Shown: in pieces, positions 1 to 13,690 of the stretch
How positions within the stretch are numbered: the stretch's first letter is position 1
Layout of the letters: every line of letters begins with the position of its first letter
Origin: the human T2T-CHM13v2.0 reference genome, Homo sapiens
Reading direction: 5' to 3'
DNA length: 64,000 nucleotides
NCBI GenBank assembly: GCA_009914755.4
Contig: CP086569.2
Span: 2,944,001 to 3,008,000 of the forward strand
Notes under the pieces: generated by a model
Seen by the model: the letters and a program-made list of their open reading frames with translations, nothing else
Database searches by the model: none
Told to the model about the DNA's origin: nothing
Made by a program: the position numbers and the translations under genes

Positions 1-789
1 AACACCACTGCCTGAACTGAGACACAGCTTTAACTGTTTAACTGGACTGACCTATTCTGAGACTGAGAGACTGAGTCAATGGCTTATAAGATAATCCACT
101 GACCTAATTTCTGGACTGTGAAAATTCTTAAGGAAGTTTCAGAATGGAGAATGTTGGTGCTAAGAATGAAGGTCTCAGAAGTAGCCTCAGAAGCAATAGT
201 TTCTCTCTGACACTCTCATACCCTTCTGTCTCTGACTCTCATTCTCCCTCAAAGCTAGCCATAGACAGTAGAAGGTGGATCTTAGAAACTCAACTAATTC
301 AAGGTGGGTCATAGAAACCAGAAACCCTTTTCTCTAAAGCCAGACACAAAACCTAAAACGATTATGTATTCCTTCCACCACTTTTCTGTGTAAAAACTTG
401 CCGTAAAAAAATCACTTGATCGACTATGTTTGATTATAGGTCATCAGACCTCCATTCCAGAGAAGGTTCTGTCTTATCCCAGGAGGAAGGATTGCTGCAC
501 AGAGAGGCCATGAAGAATCTAAACAGACCAGCCTTGCCAGGTTTTTCTACTCAGTCTATTAGAAATACATCATAAACCTTTTGTGCAAACATATGTCTAC
601 ATGGCATCTATACTTTGCTGTTTATAAGTATAAAACTGGACAGTTTCCCTTGTATCTTTGGATCTTCATTCAGAAAGTTCCTGTGTCATGCAAAATTGAT
701 CAAATAAATTTGTATGCTGTTCCTCCTATTAATCTGTCTTTTTTTGGTTGCTTTTTAGTGAACTTTCAGAGGGTGAAGGGGCAGTATTC

Positions 790-1830
790 CCTTAGTCCTT
801 ACAGTACAAATTAATGTTTTTTTAATATATTCACATTTATGTTTAACCATCACCACAATCAATTTCAAAGCATTTTCCTCACAGCAAAACAAAAACAAGT
901 ACCACTTATCAATTACCCTCACCTTCCCTCACCTTAGAGAAACACTAATCTGCTTTCTGTTTTTATAGATTTCCCAGCACTTGACATTTTCTACAAATGG
1001 AATCACATAATGGGCAGGCTTCTGTGAATGGCTTCTTTCACTTAGAAGAATGTTCATCCATGTTGTAGCATGTATCAGTGTTTTATTCCTAAGACAAAAT
1101 AATATCCTATTTTATAAATATACCACATTTTTTATACACTTGCTAATTGAACTTTTGGCTTGTTGCTATCATTGGCTGTTTCTACCATTATGAATAATGC
1201 AGTTATAAACAATTTTCTAAATGTTTTGGTATGGTCATATGCTTTCATTTTATCTTCCTCAGAATGTAATCAATGGGTCATCTGTTATTTCTGTGTTGAA
1301 TCATTTGAGGAACTGCCAGACTCTTACACAAAGTATTTGCATCATTTTTACATTTCCACAAGGAGTGTATGAGGGTTCCAAATTCTCCATGACCAAGGGA
1401 AAACTTTTTTTATTTGACTTTTGATTCTAGCCACCTTAGTGAGTGTGAAGGAATATTTCATTGTGGTTTTCATTGCATTTTGCTGATGAATAATGATGTA
1501 ATAATGGCTCATTGGACATTTTTATATCTTCTTTGAAGAAATGTCCATTTAATTTATTTGTCTTTTTATTATTGAGATGTGTCATTCACATATTCTGTAT
1601 ATATGTATTTTATTTTAGTTATTCTGGGTCATTTTTGTTTCCATACATGTCTTATGTCACCTTAACAATTTCTCTAACTTGCCTGCTGGAATTTTGGATT
1701 AGGAATACATTGAATCTGTAGCTCCATTTTATTAATGACATTGATAATTATTAGTAGCATTGACATCTTAACAATGCTGAGTTTTTCTTTTCATGCAATG
1801 TTGTATCTTTCTATGTATTTATGTGTAATT
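790..1830 (-). mobile_element. Ancient L1 (L1M-type) 3' portion: ORF2 C-terminal region plus 3'UTR, strongly decayed
   Basis: Reverse-complement matches the characteristic L1 3' region (e.g. cattgtggttttcattgcattttgctgatgaataatgatg, ccatgttgtagcatgtatcag); only short antisense ORFs remain. Confidence 0.6.
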
Positions 1831-1934
1831 TAATTTCTATCATTAGTTTCTAGAACCAACACTGTAAAATTGAAGTTATGAAAACATGATTTTGCATTTT
1901 TGTGATTTGAGGGAATGGTTGGAAATCTTAAGAT

Positions 1935-2170
1935 CATTTGGCCAATATATTTGATTGGCAAATAATAATTGTATATATTTATGGAGCACAATGTGATGTT
2001 CTGATATATACATATATATACATTATAAAAATATTAAATCAAGCTAATTAACATAAACTTTATCTCACCTACTTTTTTTGTAGTGAGAAAGTTTAAAATC
2101 TACTCTTTCAGCAGTGTCAAAATACACAATACATTATTATTAACTTGATCTGCTTCCCAGAAATTCAATT
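1935..2170 (-). mobile_element. Separate short L1 3'UTR fragment (L1MA/L1MB-like terminus)
   Basis: Reverse-complement of the L1 3' terminus motif (atcaagctaattaacata ... gtgagaaagtttaaaatctactct). Confidence 0.45.
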
Positions 2171-2204
2171 ACATCACCTTCAAAAATAGATAATTATTAT
2201 GCTC

Positions 2205-2295
2205 TTTTATACATTTATTTATGCTTGACTTATTTTTTAATATGTATTTATGCTTGACTTGACTTTTATATACTTATTTATGCCTGACTTGTTTT
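2205..2295. repeat. Short tandem repeat, ~30-bp unit x3 (tatttatgcttgactt motif)
   Basis: tatttatgcttgactt / tatttatgcttgacttgactt / ttatttatgcctgactt recur at ~30-bp spacing. Confidence 0.55.
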
Positions 2296-2460
2296 TTCTC
2301 TATAACTGTAATCTTTAGGACATCCATAATTAAAGTGCAATAAGCATGAGTAGCATTGTATCATTCTTGACTTTAAGGAAGATGTTTCTAGCTTTTTTGT
2401 GCTCATAATTTTCTAGTTAATATATTACCCCATTTTCAGGGTTGACTTTTTATAAAGAGA

Positions 2461-2535
2461 AGATATCAGCAAAGAAAAAAGTTTGCAGAAAAAGAAAACA
2501 AAACAAACAAAAGAAAAGAAAAACAAAAGAAAAAC
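2461..2535. repeat. A-rich low-complexity tract (AAAG/AAAC-rich)
   Basis: gcaaagaaaaaagtttgcagaaaaagaaaacaaaacaaacaaaagaaaagaaaaacaaaagaaaaacaaa. Confidence 0.6.
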
Positions 2536-3084
2536 AAATGTATAATAAATAATTGACATAAATAATTGATATAAATGTAGAAGATGAATAATATCAGAGT
2601 TTGAACAGTCATGAAAAATAGTCCTAAGAAAAATCTATAATCTCTCCATGGCTTTTTTCAATAAAGAGTTTGATAATGTTTCCACTACAGTTTACATCTA
2701 TCTTCTATCTTAACAGATAGATAGGCTGGAATGAAATCTAGTCATCCCGTTGTAGTATGACCATTCCTGGATTTAAAATACTCTCTAATATTTAATGCAC
2801 ATCTATGGACTTCTTCATCCAAGCACAACAAAATACATGTTTTTTAAGCTTACATGGAACATTTACCAAGATAAGCCATATTCTTGGTGATAAAATATAT
2901 CTTAACCAATTTTTAAAAATATAAATCACTCAAAGTCTGCTGTCAGACCACAATGGAATTAAACTAGAAATCAATAATAAGAGATGGATACCCCAAAATA
3001 CTTGGAGATTAAATAATAAACTTATAAATAGCACATAGGTCAAAAATATCAAAAGACATTAAAATATTTTGAACTATATGGTAT

Positions 3085-4095
3085 AATAATTTATATTCAT
3101 CTGGATATATACGCAGTAATGGGATTGCTGGATTGAATGATCGTTCTATTTTAGCTCATTGAGGAATTGTCCTACTGCTTTCCACAATGGTTGAACTAAT
3201 TTCCACTCCCACCAACAATGTATAAGTGTTCCCTTTTCTCCACAACCTCACCAGCATCTGTTATTTTTTGACTGATTAGTTATAGCCATCCTGACTGGTG
3301 TGAGATGATATCTACTGTGGTTTTGATTTGCATTTCTCTAATGGTCAGTGATGTTGAGCTTTTGTTCATATACTTGTTGGCCACCTGTATGTCTTCTTTT
3401 GAGAAGTGTCTTTTTGTGTCATTTGCTCATTTTTCAGTGGGGTTGTTTTTCTCTTGTAAATTTAGGTTTCTTACAGATGCTAGATATTAGGCCTCTGTCA
3501 GATGCATAGTTTGCAAATATTTTCTCCCATTCTGTAGGTTGTCTGCTCACTCTATTATTAGTTTATTTTGCTGTATAGAAGCTCTTAAGTTTAATTAAAT
3601 ACCATAAAGGCACATGTGCAAATGTTCATGGCAGCACTATTTACAATAGCAAAGACATGATATCAACCTAAATGTCCATCAAGGACAGATTGGATAAAGA
3701 AAAGGTGGTATATATACACCATGGAATACTATGCAGCCATAAAAAACAATGAGATCATGTCTTTTATGGGAACATGGATGGAGCTGGAGGCTATTATCCT
3801 TAGCAAATTAACTCAGGAACAGAAAATCAAATGCCACATGTTCTCATTTGTAAGTGGGAACTAAATGATAAGAACCTATGAACACGAAGGAAACAACAGA
3901 CACAGGGCCCTCCCTACTTAAGGGAGGAGAGTGGGACGAGGTAGAGGAGGAGAAAAAAATAACTATTGGGTACTGGGCTTGATACCAGGGTGATAACATA
4001 ATCTGCACAACAAATCACCATGAAACATGTTTACCTACATAACAAACCTTCACATGTACCCCCAAACCTAAAATAAAAGTTAAACAAATTTTTTA
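3085..4095 (+). mobile_element. 5'-truncated old L1 (L1PB/L1MA-like) 3' end with twin-priming-type 5' inversion: inverted segment ~3085-3596 (antisense ORF2 C-terminus), direct segment ~3597-4095 with A-rich tail
   Basis: The left piece is the reverse complement of ORF2 ending near the AIPLLGIYPKD codons. The right piece starts at the CTRMFIAALFTIAKTW codons and runs to the 3'UTR plus an A-rich tail, so the two breakpoints map to adjacent L1 positions. Imperfect flanking direct repeats: attttgaactatat (~3066-3079) and attttttaactaaatat (~4087-4103). Confidence 0.7.
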
Positions 4096-4242
4096 ACTAA
4101 ATATAAATTAAAATGCAATTTATCAATATGTGTAGGTTGAAATAAAAACAGTGCTTAGAGAAAAATGTATAGCATTAAACTCATATACAGTTTGAATATC
4201 ACTTATCAAAAATGCTTGACACCATAACAGTTTCAGACTTGG

Positions 4243-4320
4243 GATTTTTTTGGATTTTGGAGTGTTTGCATTATATTTACTGGTTGAGCATATCTGATCC
4301 AAAATCTGAAATCCAAAATC
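4243..4320. repeat. Imperfect inverted repeat, MITE-like (ttttggattttgga ... tccaaaatctgaaatccaaaa)
   Basis: Arms of ~20 bp at ~4243-4262 and ~4300-4320 are reverse complements with a ~40-bp spacer; resembles motifs found in nonautonomous DNA-transposon relics. Confidence 0.35.
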
Positions 4321-4396
4321 ATCAAGTGATCATTACATTTAAGCACGATGTTGGCCCCATCAAGTGATCATTACATTTAAGCACGATGTTGGCCCC
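4321..4396. repeat. Perfect 38-bp tandem duplication
   Basis: atcaagtgatcattacatttaagcacgatgttggcccc occurs twice in direct succession (4321-4358 and 4359-4396), read directly. Confidence 0.9.
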
Positions 4397-4449
4397 AAAA
4401 AAGCTTCAGATATTGTATTTTTGAATTAAGGATACTCAAGCTGCATTAT

Positions 4450-6560
4450 AAAAGAAGAAAGGTGAAAAATTAATCGTTTAAGCTTCCATTTTTGGAAAGC
4501 AGGAAAAAAGAGCATATCAAATTTATAGTTAGCAGAAAAAAATTAATAGTATAAATTAGAACAAACATGAAAGAAGTGGAAAACAGCAAATTGGTAGAGA
4601 AAATCAAAGAACCCAAAATCTAGTGCTTTGAGAAGATCAATAAAATCATTTATCCTCTAGTTAGCCGACTGGCAATAAGAGAGAAATAGAGACAGAAAAT
4701 GTAAATTACTAGACATCACTGCAATTCACATGAACATTAAAACATAATACAGAAATGCTACAGACGATTCTATGCCTAAAATTTGACAACCTAGATAAAG
4801 TAGACAAATTTCTTGAAAGACACACTCATACAAGAAAACTCACACAAAAAACATGCAAAACTCACACAAGAAAACAGAAGCAATCTATATCTTTCTATGT
4901 CTATTGTATTAGTCCACTCTCCACACTACTATAAGGACATACTCAAGACTGGGTAATTTATAAAGAAAAGATTTAATTGACTCACAGTTCTGCATGGCTG
5001 GGGAGGCCTCAGGAAACTTACAATCATGGTGGAAGGAACCTCTTCACAGGGTGGCAGGAGAGAGAATGAGTGGCAAGTGACGGGGGAAGCCCTTTATAAA
5101 ACCATTAGATCTCATGAAAACTCATTCACTATCATGAGAAAAGCATGTGGTAACTGCCCCCATGATTCGCTTATCTTTACCTGGTCCTGCCCTTGACATG
5201 TGGGGATTATGACAATTTAAGGTGAGATGTGGGTGGGAACAGAGAGCCAAACAATAGCGTCTATTAAAATAACTGAATCAATAACAAATAATGTTCCATG
5301 AAGAGAAAGCATGAGGTGGATCAGATGAATTCAATGGTGAATTCTATCCAACATTTAAAGAAGAAATTACACCCATTCTCTACAATCTCTTTCTGGAGAT
5401 AGAAACAAAGGGAACACTTTCTAACTCATTCTATGAAGCCAGCATCACCCTTATACCAAAATCAGAGAAACACATTACAAAAAAAAACAAAAAACAAAAA
5501 CCTAGACCAATATGCCTTGAGAACATAGATACAAAAATTCCTAACAAAATATTAGCAAATAAAATCCAACAATGTATAAAAATAATTATATCCCATGACC
5601 AAGCAGAATTTATCCCAGGTATGCAAGATTGGTTCAACATTAAAAAATCAACTAATGCTATTAATCATATCAACAGGCTAATACAGAAAAATCACATGAT
5701 TACATAAATAGATGCATAAAAAGCACTTGACAAAATCCAAAACCTATTCATGATAAAAAGTTCTAGCAAACTAGGAATAGAGGGGACTTTTTTCAACTCA
5801 ATAAGGAATAGCTACAAAAAAACCTACACTTAGCATCATTCTTAATAGTGAGAAACCTGAAGTTTTCCCACTAAGATAAGAAATAAGGCAAGATTGTTTG
5901 CTCTGATTACTCATTTTTAACATTTACTGGAAGTCCTCCATAATGCAATAATACAATTAATGGAAATAAAAGGTATATAGAGCAGGAGGAAAGAAATAAA
6001 GCTGTCTTTTTTGCAGATGACATGACAGTCAATGTAGAAAATCTGAAAGACTGAGTGAAAAATTAACACTTCCCAAACTAATAAGTTATCACAGAAAGGT
6101 TGTAGGATATAAGGTTAATATACAAATGTCAATTATTATGCTACCTACCAGCAATGAATAAGTGGAATTTGAAACTGAATACACAAATCCTACATACCAG
6201 CAATGAACAAGTGGAATTTGAAACTGAATACAAAATATGACTTGCATTACCATCCACCAACATTGAAACACTCAGATATAAGTCTAATAAAATATGTATG
6301 AAATCTGTATGAGGAAAATAAAATTCTGATGAAGAAATCAGAGAAAAACTAAATAAATGGAGAGATATTTCATTTCATGAATAGGAAGACTTGATGTTGT
6401 CAAGATGTTCAGTTCTTCTCAAATTGATTTATAAATTTATTGTAATCAAAATTAAAGTCCCAGCGATTTATTTGGTGGATATTGACAAAGTGATTCTAAG
6501 CTTTATATGGAGAGGCAAAAGACCCAGAACACCTGGCTTAGCCTCGTAGGGCAGAGAAAA
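4450..6560 (+). mobile_element. Old L1 (L1M/L1PB-like) ORF2 internal fragment (RT-domain region), interrupted by an LTR
   Basis: The plus-frame translation gives reverse-transcriptase-domain motifs ([70 protein letters not shown]), with multiple frameshifts and stops. Confidence 0.65.
4905..5258 (-). mobile_element. Solo MaLR LTR (THE1/MST-type) nested in the L1 at 4450-6560
   Basis: Reverse-complement matches the THE1/MST LTR (tgatatggtttggctg...ccagccatgcagaactgtgagtcaattaaa...tttataaattacccagtc...ggactaataca); the L1 ORF2 frame resumes on the far side. Confidence 0.7.
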
Positions 6561-7594
6561 AACTAGTTTAGGAATCTAACTACTCTATTTGAATCTCTAA
6601 CTTTAGTCATAAAAATAAGTTTGTAATAACAATATGTTCATATTATTTTGTCATACAGTATGATTAACTTGTGTTTTGGAAGAGACATAATATGAGTTTA
6701 CTAAATATATTACAATGTCGCAACACACCTTAGTCTACTGGGAATTCAGATATACTGACATACATTAGGCTGACTGCCCTACTTCTCATGAAAATGATTC
6801 AAAATGGATTTGAGAAGGTCGGTTTCTTTAAAATAAAGACGCACAAAATTTAATGGATAAATATTATGATTATGGTTTGAGTTCTGGGCACACCACTGGT
6901 TCAGGAACACTTCCTGACTGGCCTACTTCAAGTTCATTCTCCCGTTGGATAACTCTTCTTTCTCTCTTTATTGCTTTCTCCTATCCACCAATATTTTTAT
7001 GCTTTATTCTGGAGGGCTTAGGTCCATAATCCATCATCATATGCTAATTTGGCCTAAGGCTGCATTCTTTACTGTTTCTTCTATCCCTTAAAATTCTTCC
7101 ATCCTGCCTTTCCTTTTCTTAAAGCCGCCTTCTCTTTTCTAGAAGACTGTAGTCAGAAATTGTTCTAGAAAATATTTTCTGTTTTTGTTAATGAAGATAG
7201 CCTTAATTGTAGATAACATTAATGTAAATAACAGATAGTATAGATAACTCTTATAACACAATCACATAAATTTAAGACTTTAGGAAGGATCTTAAAATAA
7301 AAAATTATCCTGATGATTTCAAGTACCAAACCAGGACAATGAAGGGGCTGGTTTTCCTTTGAAGACTATTTTACCATTCTTCAAAAGACAGGATTAAAAT
7401 AAATGCCTACTTCACTTTTGTCAAATATTTACCTAGAAGCTTCATACATAGACATGTTAGCAATTATGTTATTCCCATTCTGAATCTAAGATATATCTTA
7501 TCGTAAGGTACATTTTTAAATCAATAATTATATAATAACATATAAATTCAACTATATTGGGTGCATATATATTTAGGATAGTTAGCTCTTCTTA

Positions 7595-7909
7595 TTAAAT
7601 TGATCCCTTTACCATTATGTAATGGTCTTCTTTGTCTCTTTTGATCTTTGTTGGTTTAAAGTCTGTTTTATCAGAGACTAGGATTGTAACCCCTGCTTTT
7701 TTTTGTTTTCCATTTGCTTGGTAGATCTTTCTCCATCCCTTTATGTTGAGCCTATGTGTGTCTCTGCACGTGAGGTGGGTCTCCTGAATATAGCACACTG
7801 ATGGGTCTTGACTCTTTATCCAATTTGCCAGACTGTGTCTTTTAATTGGAACATTTAGCCCATTTACATTTAAGGTTAATATTGTTATGTGTGAATTTGA
7901 TCCTGTCAC
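7595..7909 (-). pseudogene. L1 ORF2p N-terminal (endonuclease domain) fragment, 104 codons open
   Basis: The translation matches the L1 ORF2 endonuclease N-terminus nearly residue for residue. Confidence 0.85.
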
Positions 7910-7972
7910 TACGATGTTAGCTGATTATTTTGCTCATTAGATGATGCAGTTTCTTTCCAGCATCAGTGGTCT

Positions 7973-8790
7973 TTACAATTTGGCATGTTTCTGCAGTGGC
8001 TGGTACCGGTTGATCCTTTCCATGTTTAGTGCTTCCTTCAGGAGCTCTTGTAAGGCAGGCCTGGTGGTGACAAAATCTCTCAGCATTTGCTTGTCTGTAA
8101 AGGATTTTATTTCTCCTTCACTTATGAAGCTTAGTTTGGCTGGATATGAAATTCTGGGTTGAAAATTCTTTTCTTTAAGATTGTTGAATATTGGTCCCCA
8201 CTCTCTTCTGGCTTGTAGAGTTTCTGCCAAGAGATCTGCTGTTAGTGTGATGGGCTTCCCTTTGTGGGTAACCTGACCTTTCTCTCCAGCTGCCCTTAAC
8301 ATTTTTTCCTTCATTTCAACTTTGGTGAATCTCACAATTATGTGGCTTGGCCTTGCTCTTCTCGAGGAGTATCTTTGTGGCGTTCTCTGTATTTCCTGAA
8401 TTTGAATGTTGGCCTGCCTTGCTAGTCTGGGGGAGTTCTCCTGGATAATAACCTGCAGAGTGTTTCCAACTTGGTTCCATTCTCCCCATCACTTTCAGGT
8501 ACACCAATCAGATGTAGATTTGGTCTTTTCACATAGTCCCATATTTCTTGGAGGCTTTGTTCATTTCTTTTTACTCTTTTTTCTCTAAACTTCTCTTCTC
8601 GCTTCATTTCATTCATTTGATCTTCAGTCACTGATACCCTTTCTTCCAGTTGACCGAATCGGCTACTGAAGCTTGTGCATGCATCACATAGTTCTCGTGC
8701 CACGGTTTTCAGCTCCACCAGGTCATTTAAGGACTTATCTACACTAGTTATTCTAGTTAGCCATTCGTCTAATCTTTTTTCAAGGTTTTT
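7973..8790 (-). pseudogene. L1 ORF1p remnant, split over several frames
   Basis: ORF1p coiled-coil and C-terminal motifs (EERVSVTEDQMNEMKREEKFREKRVKRNEQSLQEIWDYVKRPNL; RREWGPIFNNLKEKNFQPRISYPAKLSFISEGEIK) lie in different frames. Confidence 0.8.
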
Positions 8791-8812
8791 AGCTTCTTTG
8801 CGAGGTAATGTA

Positions 8813-10170
<1,358 letters not shown>

Positions 10171-10849
10171 GAACAATGAGAACACTGGGACACAGGAAGG
10201 CGAACATCACACACTGGGGCCTGTTGTGGGGGCGGGGGAGGGGGAAGGGATATCATTAGGAGATATACCTAATGTAAATGACAAGTTAATGGGTGCAGCA
10301 CACCAACATGGCACATATAAACATATGTAGCAAACCTGCACCTTGTGCACATGTACCCTAGAACTTAAAGTATAATAATAAAAATAAAAATACAATAAAA
10401 CTAAAAATAGAAAAAAATAAATAAATTCAACTAAAGATTAAAAAATGCAGTTTCAAGTGGACAAAATGAAAAATTTACATCTGCCTTACTATAATAAAGT
10501 GATAATTTCAGATATGGGCAAAAATGGAGAGATGAACCACAGATATTTTATTTCAGGAAATTTTCAGGGAATTGATATCATTTAACTGTAACTGTTGTAG
10601 AAGTAATTCAAATGAGAAATGTAAATAGCACGACACTTCAGAATTAGAGAATTCGCTTTGTTAATTTTTGCTTTTGTTTATTTCTGTCTCAACAACAACA
10701 ATAAAGAATGTAAATTCCATTCCACACTGCTACTTTAAAATTTTAGGTTATTTGAGTTTATTGCTCACAAATTTGATTACAGGTCTTCATTAACTATGAT
10801 TTCAATTTACATACATAGCATAAGTCTTTGCTTGCTGGCAGAGTTGGGG

Positions 10850-10980
10850 AATAATCAGTTATTTAACTTTTTATAACACTTATAATAATAAATCTGTTAT
10901 TTAACAGTTAACCAGTTAACTTAATCAGTTATTTAGTCTGTTATAATAATCAGTTAATTAACTTTTTATAACATTTTCAT
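10850..10980. repeat. Local low-complexity direct repeats (aatcagttatttaactttttataaca motif x2 and smaller copies)
   Basis: ataatcagttatttaactttttataacac (~10851) and ataatcagttaattaactttttataacat (~10946), with cagttatttaac / cagttaac repeats between them. Confidence 0.5.
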
Positions 10981-11049
10981 GTATATTTGGTGAAAATAAT
11001 TTTATATTTAGGTACATGGGCTTTGAAGTTATTGGAATCAGGTAAATCT

Positions 11050-11250
11050 GGATTTAAAATCTCAGCTCACTAGCTATATTTTACTACTTAGATAATTCAC
11101 TAGCTGTATGACATTGAGCCATTTATTTGAATTCCTGATACCTAGTTTCCTCATCTGTAAAATGGGGGTAAATACTTACCTCACATATGTGATGAAAACT
11201 TAAATGAGGTAAAATATATACAGCATAGTACTTAGAACACAGTGATTGCT
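11050..11250 (+). mobile_element. MIR (mammalian-wide interspersed repeat) core fragment
   Basis: actagctgtatgacattgagcc...tttcctcatctgtaaaatggggg...cttaaatgaggtaaaatat...cagcatagtacttagaacacagtgattgc follows the MIR core consensus. Confidence 0.55.
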
Positions 11251-11773
11251 TTAAAATGCAGGCTATTACAATTTTTTTCATCATTCCCTAGATATATTCC
11301 CAAATTTCAAAAAACTGGAATAAAATTATATACATCAAAAAACCATATGGTAATCAAATTAGAACTTTTTGTTGAAAGTAACAAAATTCTATCCAAATTA
11401 CCTAAGAATCGGCTCTGAATTCTAGGACATACCAAAATGTTGTCCTAATAATATAAATATAAATTATATTCTTTTTAAAGCTAATTTGGACTAGATATTT
11501 ATCCTGACACTTTATTCTACTTTTACTCCCCTCTACCCCTGTGCACCCTCATACAATATATTAGAGACCTGAAAAACAACTTACACATTAATCTATTTAA
11601 GGTCTTGTGATTCATGAAACAGAAAGGAAATTTCATAGATCATAGATATTACTGGTGCATTCTCACAGCTGCTTCACTTGTTCTTTCAGATAGAAGGAAG
11701 CCTGCACTTTCCAGATGTGCTGTGTTTTTGTGAGATCTTGCAGCTCCTTCTGGCTAAAGAACCGTGAAGGAAA

Positions 11774-11775
<2 letters not shown>

Positions 11776-11823
<48 letters not shown>
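11776..11823. repeat. (GT)n microsatellite, ~23 units
   Basis: Uninterrupted gtgtgt... run, read directly. Confidence 0.95.
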
Positions 11824-11824
<1 letters not shown>

Positions 11825-13385
11825 TTTCTATGCTGATTTCAATAAGATTTCTTATAATTACTCCAAATATCTCTGGTTTAGGCCATGTGTTTCAAATACT
11901 GCAGTTAGAAGAAAGTAGTGCTTTCTTCATCCTGAGTCATTGAGTATGGAATAATCTATTCTCTTTCCATGTGAAATATGTAGTAAGCGAGAGGCAATGT
12001 TGTATTATAAAGACACTGATTTAGGGAGAGGTTGTTTGTTACTAGAATATAACCTAATTTACATTAACAAATATATTCACTGTCAAATTCAGGCCTTATT
12101 TTATACCTCTACTATAAGGCAATATTCAGAACCAACAAATCACAACAACAACAACACACAAACACACACACAGCACATAAAGCAATTTATAAATTAGATA
12201 TTTGCAAGCCTAATTAAAAAACAATTTAATAAATCCAGGACAATCTCATACCTAAACTTGTTTTATGATGAAATTCTGGGACAGACTTGTATGATGTGAG
12301 CATTGCTATCCTGAGATTTATTTCAATATTTGTAACAATTTAAAAGCAATTTTGATATTCCATACAGTTCCTATATTTCTAATGCCAAACATTTTAGATA
12401 AATATATTATGGGGAATTCTCCCTATTCATAACAACCATTTTTTACCAAAAATACTACAGCACTTCTCAAAATGCCTCTAATGCTAGGTAAATATTAAGT
12501 GAAACCCAGCTTTAATCCATACTATTATTTAATGACAGCTATTTTATTGCATTTACATATGAATATAAGCAACAGTTGTGACTAAAGAGGAAAGTCTGTT
12601 AAAAATGAAAGTTACAACTCAGGTGTTAATGTTCCAACATATTTTTATACTTCGGTGTCCATAGAATGGCTTCTAAATTATTCTTTTAAGGAACTTACAG
12701 CTCCCCCAAAATATTATGAAAGTAAACTAGTCTCTTTTTGCTCAATGTTCCATAGAAGTTAAAATATTTTTTGCATGTTGAAAGATTATGTGTATATTAA
12801 TTTCATTATGAATTTTTAATATTACTCTCACTGAATTTAAGCTGAGTAGACATAGTGAAAGAGGAGCAAGATGCATAAACATATTATTGTATTCACTTTG
12901 CTTAATTCCACACATGCATATAAGTGTTATTTAGATGACATTTATATGAGGGCAAAATCTCTTTATTTTTTCATATGCTTACATATTAAACATTCTATTT
13001 TGTTTCCTAAAGCATATAGCTCAATAAATGAAAGGCATTAAAGAACAAAGAGAAAAGTTACCTGATTTTTCAAGAGATCATCTGGTACTTTTCTGGAGAA
13101 TACTATTTATAGCAAAGTTGGAAACATGCGTGGAACCAATATACCAACAAAGATGCACATAGATAGCTAAAAACTAACTAGAGAGTTAACATTCAGTCAA
13201 ATATCAGAATATTTCAAAATATTATATGTAGATTAGTTGCTTAGAAGATTGACCCTTCATGTACATATTTCTTGGCATGATGAAATTCCAGTAACTGCTT
13301 GTCAGATAATACATTTACTCCAAAAAACATTTTTTGTTGTTTTTGATGCAATCAGCTTTCATAAAATGTAGCTTCACTTGCCTAG

Positions 13386-13690
<305 letters not shown>

